From: Octopus bimaculoides
Taxonomy: Eukaryota
Direction of reading: 5' to 3'
DNA length: 42,917 nucleotides
Assembly: GCF_001194135.2 (NCBI RefSeq)
Contig: NC_068984.1
Span: 36,195,032 to 36,237,948, forward strand
Below the pieces are notes generated by a model. That model searched no databases. It was not told where the DNA came from and saw nothing but the letters and a program-made list of their open reading frames with translations. The position numbers were made by a program, and so were the translations under genes. Each line of letters starts with the position of its first letter. Position 1 is the first letter of the stretch. Below are positions 37,149 to 42,917 of the stretch, piece after piece.

Positions 37149-38072
37149 CAGACATGCCATTTAGCTTGTATTACTGTGTCAGTCTGAATGTTAATGTCCA
37201 AAAACAACTTGCATTTCTTACTTTCTAGTATTATACCAGGTTAATGTTCATACCATTAATTAGTATGTTTAAATCCTAGCTTTCTTCATATCTCCCAGTG
37301 GATTGCTCTCCCTTAGTTGTCATGTCCTTTTTTGTACTCTTTCTATCCCAGCATGTTACATTCACTTACTACATGAGTAACACTTTCCTCTTTTGATTTC
37401 CATAACCTACATTAGAAATATACTTGTTTTTATTTAGGTTGGCTTTTATTAAATTAGGCCTTAATGCTTCATCATGTGCAGCTACTAACAAACTCTCTAT
37501 CTCCCAATTCAGCTTTCCTTTCGGCAAACACAGCCACTACTACCATTTGCTGAAACAATCTTTGTGAATCTACCATGCAACGCCTTCTCCTGCCAGTCAG
37601 ATAATTTCTCTTCTGCTTTCTGTTTTTTAACGTCGAGTGTGTTTTCATTTCCCTGTGTCTTGCTGTGAATCTAGCCTCTGTTAATATACTTTCTTCACTA
37701 TAACCTAACTAGGATTCTATATCTACTCTAGCTAACTCCACGTAGTGTTCTACTGATATTAACCCTCTTCCGCCTCCCTTTCTAGGTAAGTATAATCTTG
37801 CTACGCTTACTCTTGGGTGAAGTCTCCGTTCGTATTGAATTCCTTCCTAGTTCTTCTGTCAATATTAACTTTCCCTAAGAGTGTGTCATCTGAGTATAGA
37901 TCTACTTCCCATTTCTTCATGCTAAAGTTAAATAATTCTCTTATGCTGTCTGCTATACTGAATATACTCCGACACTCACTTATCCATCTGTCTGGTTTCA
38001 TGTAATATGCTTTCCTATAATCTATCCATGCTATTGCTAGATTTTGGTTCTAGTTTTTACTTCATTTCGAAC

Positions 38073-38073
<1 letters not shown>
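36697..38073 (-). mobile_element. R4/Dong-clade LINE copy A (different subfamily, internally deleted)
   Basis: LAIAWIDYRKAY..WISEC (RT), GGRGLISVE, ESLLVAAHDEAL, DINIQTDTVIQA, KYLDLAI..RLWK..VVIGTLGTIPKDL; own 3'UTR with a degenerate AAT tail. Confidence 0.88.
37065..37148. repeat. (TAC)n microsatellite, 28 units, inside LINE copy A
   Basis: Read directly; two units are TGC and one is CAC. Confidence 0.95.
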
Positions 38074-38138
<65 letters not shown>

Positions 38139-38143
38139 ATTAA

Positions 38144-38270
38144 GGCGACGAGATGGCGGAATCGGTAGCACGCCGGACAAAATGCTAAGCTGCATTTTAC
38201 CCACGGAACGACCTCGCTGTTTATCCTTTCAGCGCTGTAAATAAGTAACAAAAGATGCGTTACACGGTGT
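38144..38270 (+). mobile_element. SINE family A partial copy preceded by (ATT)n (about 38074-38135)
   Basis: GGCGACGAGATGGCGGAATCGGTAGCACGCCGGACAAAATGC. Confidence 0.7.
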
Positions 38271-40966
38271 GATTCTTTGTTCATCAGTATGTAGAGGAGA
38301 CAAACTATATCGCTGATGTTCACGTTCGAATCTTTAAATTATGTTACCATTCTTCATGCAGACGATCCCGGCGAAAATTGGTTGCAATCTTTTTTCATTT
38401 ATACCCTTCTTTTTAATCATGTCTTAAGGGCCTATGAACCGCAAATATCAACACATTAAAACTAATCACATTTATTAAAAAAACTAAATAAAAATCTCTA
38501 TATTGTTGGTAGATACTTAAACTCATTCTGTAAAGCACAATGACTCTTAATACATCTCAAAGCCAAAAAGTAATTCACACACACATATATACACACATAT
38601 ACTTNNNNNNNNNNGCATACGCGGTAAGTGGTTTGAATGTTTTATTACCGGTATTGTTAAGCTGATCATCCCCCATCCCTATATAGTATTAATAACAAAT
38701 GTATTGTCTGTGATATTAACCAGGCTGAAAGGATACCTTTCTCAGTGGTTGTAAATTTAATATTAGTAGTAGCAGTTTTATCTACTGTAGCCATCATAAT
38801 AATTTTGATAATACGCATTAAGTACAGTAGCATCACCATAACTACAGTAGTAATTGTATTGACTGCGATGCTGTTCTTTTCTTTCTTCATTCATATTATT
38901 ATTATTATTATTATTATGTGTAGTAATTGCGGTAGTAGCAATAGTTGGAGGAGGGGCGAGGAGAAGATGAGAAAGGAGGTGAAGGAGGAGGATAAAACTT
39001 GGATAAATAAATGAAGTACAGAAAAACTATGTACCAAAAACATAAAGAAAAGTATACAGATGAATATATAAAAGTATATTTCGCCATAGAAATTTTTAAA
39101 AATCAAATTTTTAGAATAGCAACTTAGAATTCTAGGAGGCCTTTTCAATACATTGTAGAAAAATGGCAATAAAATGTCTATATCAAAAATGTACTTCTTG
39201 ATTATCCTTTTCATTTCTGCAATACTGAATATCAATTTTCCTCTTCAAGGAATCAATGAAATATCTATTTTTATAAAATAAGTAAAGGAAAATAAATATA
39301 ATAAATATAAATATCCTTTTTTGGTGTATATTTTATTTGTGCTTGTATGTATCCTTTTCTTTGAAAATGTTAGCCATTTATTTTTTTTTTTTTTTTTTTT
39401 TTCGAAAATATTATTCATTTTATTTCTCTTCATTTCATTGCGGTTTTTGTTATTTTCATTCGAATTTTACTTTTTGACATTCTGAAAAGACAAATTTATT
39501 TCTATGATCGAAAATAGAATAAAAAATGTTACATTCTTTTGAAAACTTAATATTAAAAGTAAATGTTATCATATACTACATCTTGTGTCTCAGTAAAACT
39601 GAATGTCCTCTCTTATCTTTCCCTATCTTTCTTTGCAGTTCGCTTTTTTTCTCTATATTTTTCTATGTCACTGTTTTTCTTCACTCATATTTTCTTTCTC
39701 TTACTCATTTCGTATCCCCGCTCGCCCTTATACGCTTTCGCAATTGCTAATTCTCTCTCTTGCAATCTTTTCTCTTTCTACACTCACCAACTTTTTATAA
39801 TGCAACGCTTTTCCATTGATTTCCACTCTATGCCCAGCATCCTTTTATTAACTTTTTCATTTTTCTTCTAATATAATCTTATACATGTGTCCGGTTATTT
39901 TTCTATAACCCCCACCCACTTATATATATATATGTGTGTGTGTGTGTGTATGTGTGTGTGTGTGAGTGTGTGTGTGTGTGTGGGTGTATGTGTGTGCGTG
40001 TTTCGTGTGTGTGTGTGTGTGTGTGTGTTTCTCTCATTCTTTCCCATCTCTTTCTGAGTCACTTTGTCTTTTATGTTATAATTTCTATTTTCCTCATAAT
40101 TCTTCTCATAAGTGCGAACATGCTATTACCTACTGCTCGTAAACCACACAGAAATATACTTTCTAATACCCAACCCNNNNNNNNNNNNNNNNNNNNNNNN
40201 NNNNNNNNNNNNNNNNNNNNNNNNNNNNNNNNNNNNNNNNNNNNNNNNNNNNNNNNNNNNNNNNNNNNNNNNNNNNNNNNNNNNNNNNNNNNNNNNNNNN
40301 NNNNNNNNNNNNNNNNNNNNNNNNNNNNNNNNNNNNNNNNNNNNNNNNNNNNNNNNNNNNNNNNNNNNNNNNNNNNNNNNNNNNNNNNNNNNNNNNNNNN
40401 NNNNNNNNNNNNNNNNNNNNNNNNNNNNNNNNNNNNNNNNNNNNNNNNNNNNNNNNNNNNNNNNNNNNNNNNNNNNNNNNNNNNNNNNNNNNNNNNNNNN
40501 NNNNNNNNNNNNNNNNNNNNNNNNNNNNNNNNNNNNNNNNNNNNNNNNNNNNNNNNNNNNNNNNNNNNNNNNNNNNNNNNNNNNNNNNNNNNNNNNNNNN
40601 NNNNNNNNNNNNNNNNNNNNNNNNNNNNNNNNNNNNNNNNNNNNNNNNNNNNNNNNNNNNNNNNNNNNNNNNNNNNNNNNNNNNNNNNNNNNNNNNNNNN
40701 NNNNNNNNNNNNNNNNNNNNNNNNNNNNNNNNNNNNNNNNNNNNNNNNNNNNNNNNNNNNNNNNNNNNNNNNNNNNNNNNNNNNNNNNNNNNNNNNNNNN
40801 NNNNNNNNNNNNNNNNNNNNNNNNNNNNNNNNNNNNNNNNNNNNNNNNNNNNNNNNNNNNNNNNNNNNNNNNNNNNNNNNNNNNNNNNNNNNNNNNNNNN
40901 NNNNNNNNNNNNNNNNNNNNNNNNNNNNNNNNNNNNNNNNNNNNNNNNNNNNNNNNNNNNNNNNNN

Positions 40967-42573
40967 GTCTAATCCGGCATTTCCTGAAGGAATTTGTCCA
41001 GGTTCCGTTTGAAAGTTGTGGGGTCTTTTTCTGCTTTAATTTCTTTCTGGATAACATTGAAAAGAACAGGTCCATTTGCAGTGAAGAAATTGTATCGAAA
41101 GTGATCTCGACTTTGTAGGGGATGCATTGCACGGGAGCCTAGTCTTGGTGGAATTGTATACATAATACCGATATCATTTGTATAATAATTGGGGAATATT
41201 TTCCACATGGTGCAGATAATGTATCTCACATTGTGGCGTTCCAGAGAAAAGAGTTTCAGCTGTTTAAGTCGAGCCCAATAATCAAGTCCCATCATGCCAT
41301 TTACTTTTTAGTGATTGATCTTTGTGGGGCTTCGATCCTCATTATGTCTTGCTTTGTAGGGGGACCACAATGGGCAGCAGTATTCGAGGTGGGGCCAAGT
41401 AAATGTGGAGAAGGGAATGATGATAGTTTCATGATCCCTACATTGAAAAGTCCTGAGGATCCATGAGCACATTCTGCAGGCAACAGCAACTTTTTTTTAA
41501 TTGATGTGTACACCCCAGCTAAGGTTGCTGTCTACAATTACACCTACGTCTCTGATATCATGCGACGGTTCAACTAGGTCTCCCGACGGTAGTGTGTACG
41601 GTCGTTTGAGTGTGCCGTCTTTTCCTAAGTGGATGAGCTCAAATTTTTCTTCGTTAAACTGCATATTGTTTTTTTTTTTGTTTTCTTTTTGTGTATGTGT
41701 GTTCACTGGGTTACTGCGCATAGGTCCCATTGAAGCATCGTTCGATCATATGCTCCCTTAATGGCTTTCTGAAGCTTTGAGTCATCTGCAAATATTCTAA
41801 TGGTGCTATGTTCAATGGAATCTACAATGTCATTGTTATAGACAATAAAAAGAAGTGGACTCAGCAGAGTAACCTGACTTTTTCTGCTCATGAGTGGATA
41901 CCATCAATCACAACATGCTGGGACCTGTTTATTAGGAAATACCTATTCCATTGAAGTAGCTTTCCACCGACTCCAGCGTCGGATAGTTTCCTTAACAATA
42001 TATTGTGGTCGACTCTGCCAAAAGCCTTGCTGAAGTCAAGGAATATGACATCCGCGTTAGAGCCCTCACTTAGTGCATTTAATATGTCATCAAAGTGGTG
42101 GAGGAGCTGTGTTAGACAGTCCCTCCTACCATGAAAGCCATACTGGTTGCAATTTACAAAATGATTTTGTTCTAGGAAGGCTGTTATTGATGATCTCAAC
42201 ACTCTCTCAAATAATTTGATGATATGTGGGAATTGTGAAATTGGACTATAGTTTACAGGGAGCGATTTATTCTCCTTTTTAAAGATAGGAACGCCTGACT
42301 GGAAGAGTAAGTTTTGAGGGATAAAACCGGCATCCAGTAATTGCCTCCATAGGTTCACAAGAGACGCTGCAAGTTGCTGTCTGCATTCCTGCAGCACTTT
42401 ATCATGGAACCTGTCCAGACCCACTGCTGAATCAGGTTTGATTTCTTTTATTACAGCTAGGATATCAGTGGCGCCGAATTTTATGTCAGAAAGGACATGT
42501 TGAGGATTCAAAGGAGCAAAGCTGCTTGTGTCAGCTGAATCAGGATCACTGAAAACAGAGTAGTATTGACTCC
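40967..42573 (-). mobile_element. CR1-clade LINE ORF2 (reverse transcriptase) pseudogene
   Basis: NYSPIS, NQYGF..RDCLTQLL, DVIFLDFSKAFGRVDH, LLSPLLFIVY..IRIFADDSKL, NNMQFNEEKF, LKLFSLER, FKRNLDKFL; frameshifted. Confidence 0.92.
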
Positions 42574-42847
42574 CCTTCACAAACTTAAGGACACAGTAAT
42601 TGTGTCAAGGCCGACAGGTAGCGGTCCAGCTTCCTAGGGCTAAACAGCAGTAGTGTATTCCCTTATTGGGATTGTCACATTAAGTTGACAATATACTACA
42701 ACTTTGTTGCTCCACTACTGCTTAAATCTCTCTGAGAGATTTAGAAATATTATATTTCTAATTTTGCTGATCAGTGAATGAACTTCACTATGATTTACAT
42801 AAGTTTGTGAAGGAGAAACAGGCCTCTCTATCCAGCTGGCAAGCTAC

Positions 42848-42890
42848 TTCAGGCTGATGACGAGCAAAGACTCAGAAACATGTCCCTGAA
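42848..42890 (+). ncRNA. Type I hammerhead ribozyme with extended stem I
   Basis: TTCAGG-CTGATGA-C-GAG caaaga CTC-A-GAAAC-AT-GTC-CCTGAA: full core, GUC cleavage triplet, perfect 6-bp stem I; flanks 42820-42844 and 42892-42917 also pair. Confidence 0.8.
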
Positions 42891-42917
42891 TGCTGGCTAG
42901 GCTGGGTGGGGGAGCTT

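Overview
AT-rich, microsatellite-dense, gapped eukaryotic DNA with no gene I can call confidently. The SINE, LINE and microsatellite content looks like an octopus genome (inference from recognising repeat families; no database search was run). The explained sequence is almost all decayed mobile DNA: R4/Dong-type RLE LINEs, CR1 and RTE LINEs, Penelope-like elements (PLEs), Tc1/mariner transposons, a foldback MITE-like element and two tRNA-derived SINE families. The main signal is non-coding: four minimal type I hammerhead ribozyme motifs from at least three sequence families (2912-2948 +, 9632-9660 + truncated, 18620-18665 -, 42848-42890 +). The last sits in an extended hairpin of about 28 bp and differs from a canonical fold by one C-A mismatch. 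Also notable: a same-strand train of retroelements separated by (AAT)n tracts (34.4-38.1 kb), and two tandem repeats born from catalytic-motif codons of dead elements. A few splice-flanked exon candidates are reported at low confidence. Nearly all long ORFs in the supplied track are microsatellite or N-gap artefacts.
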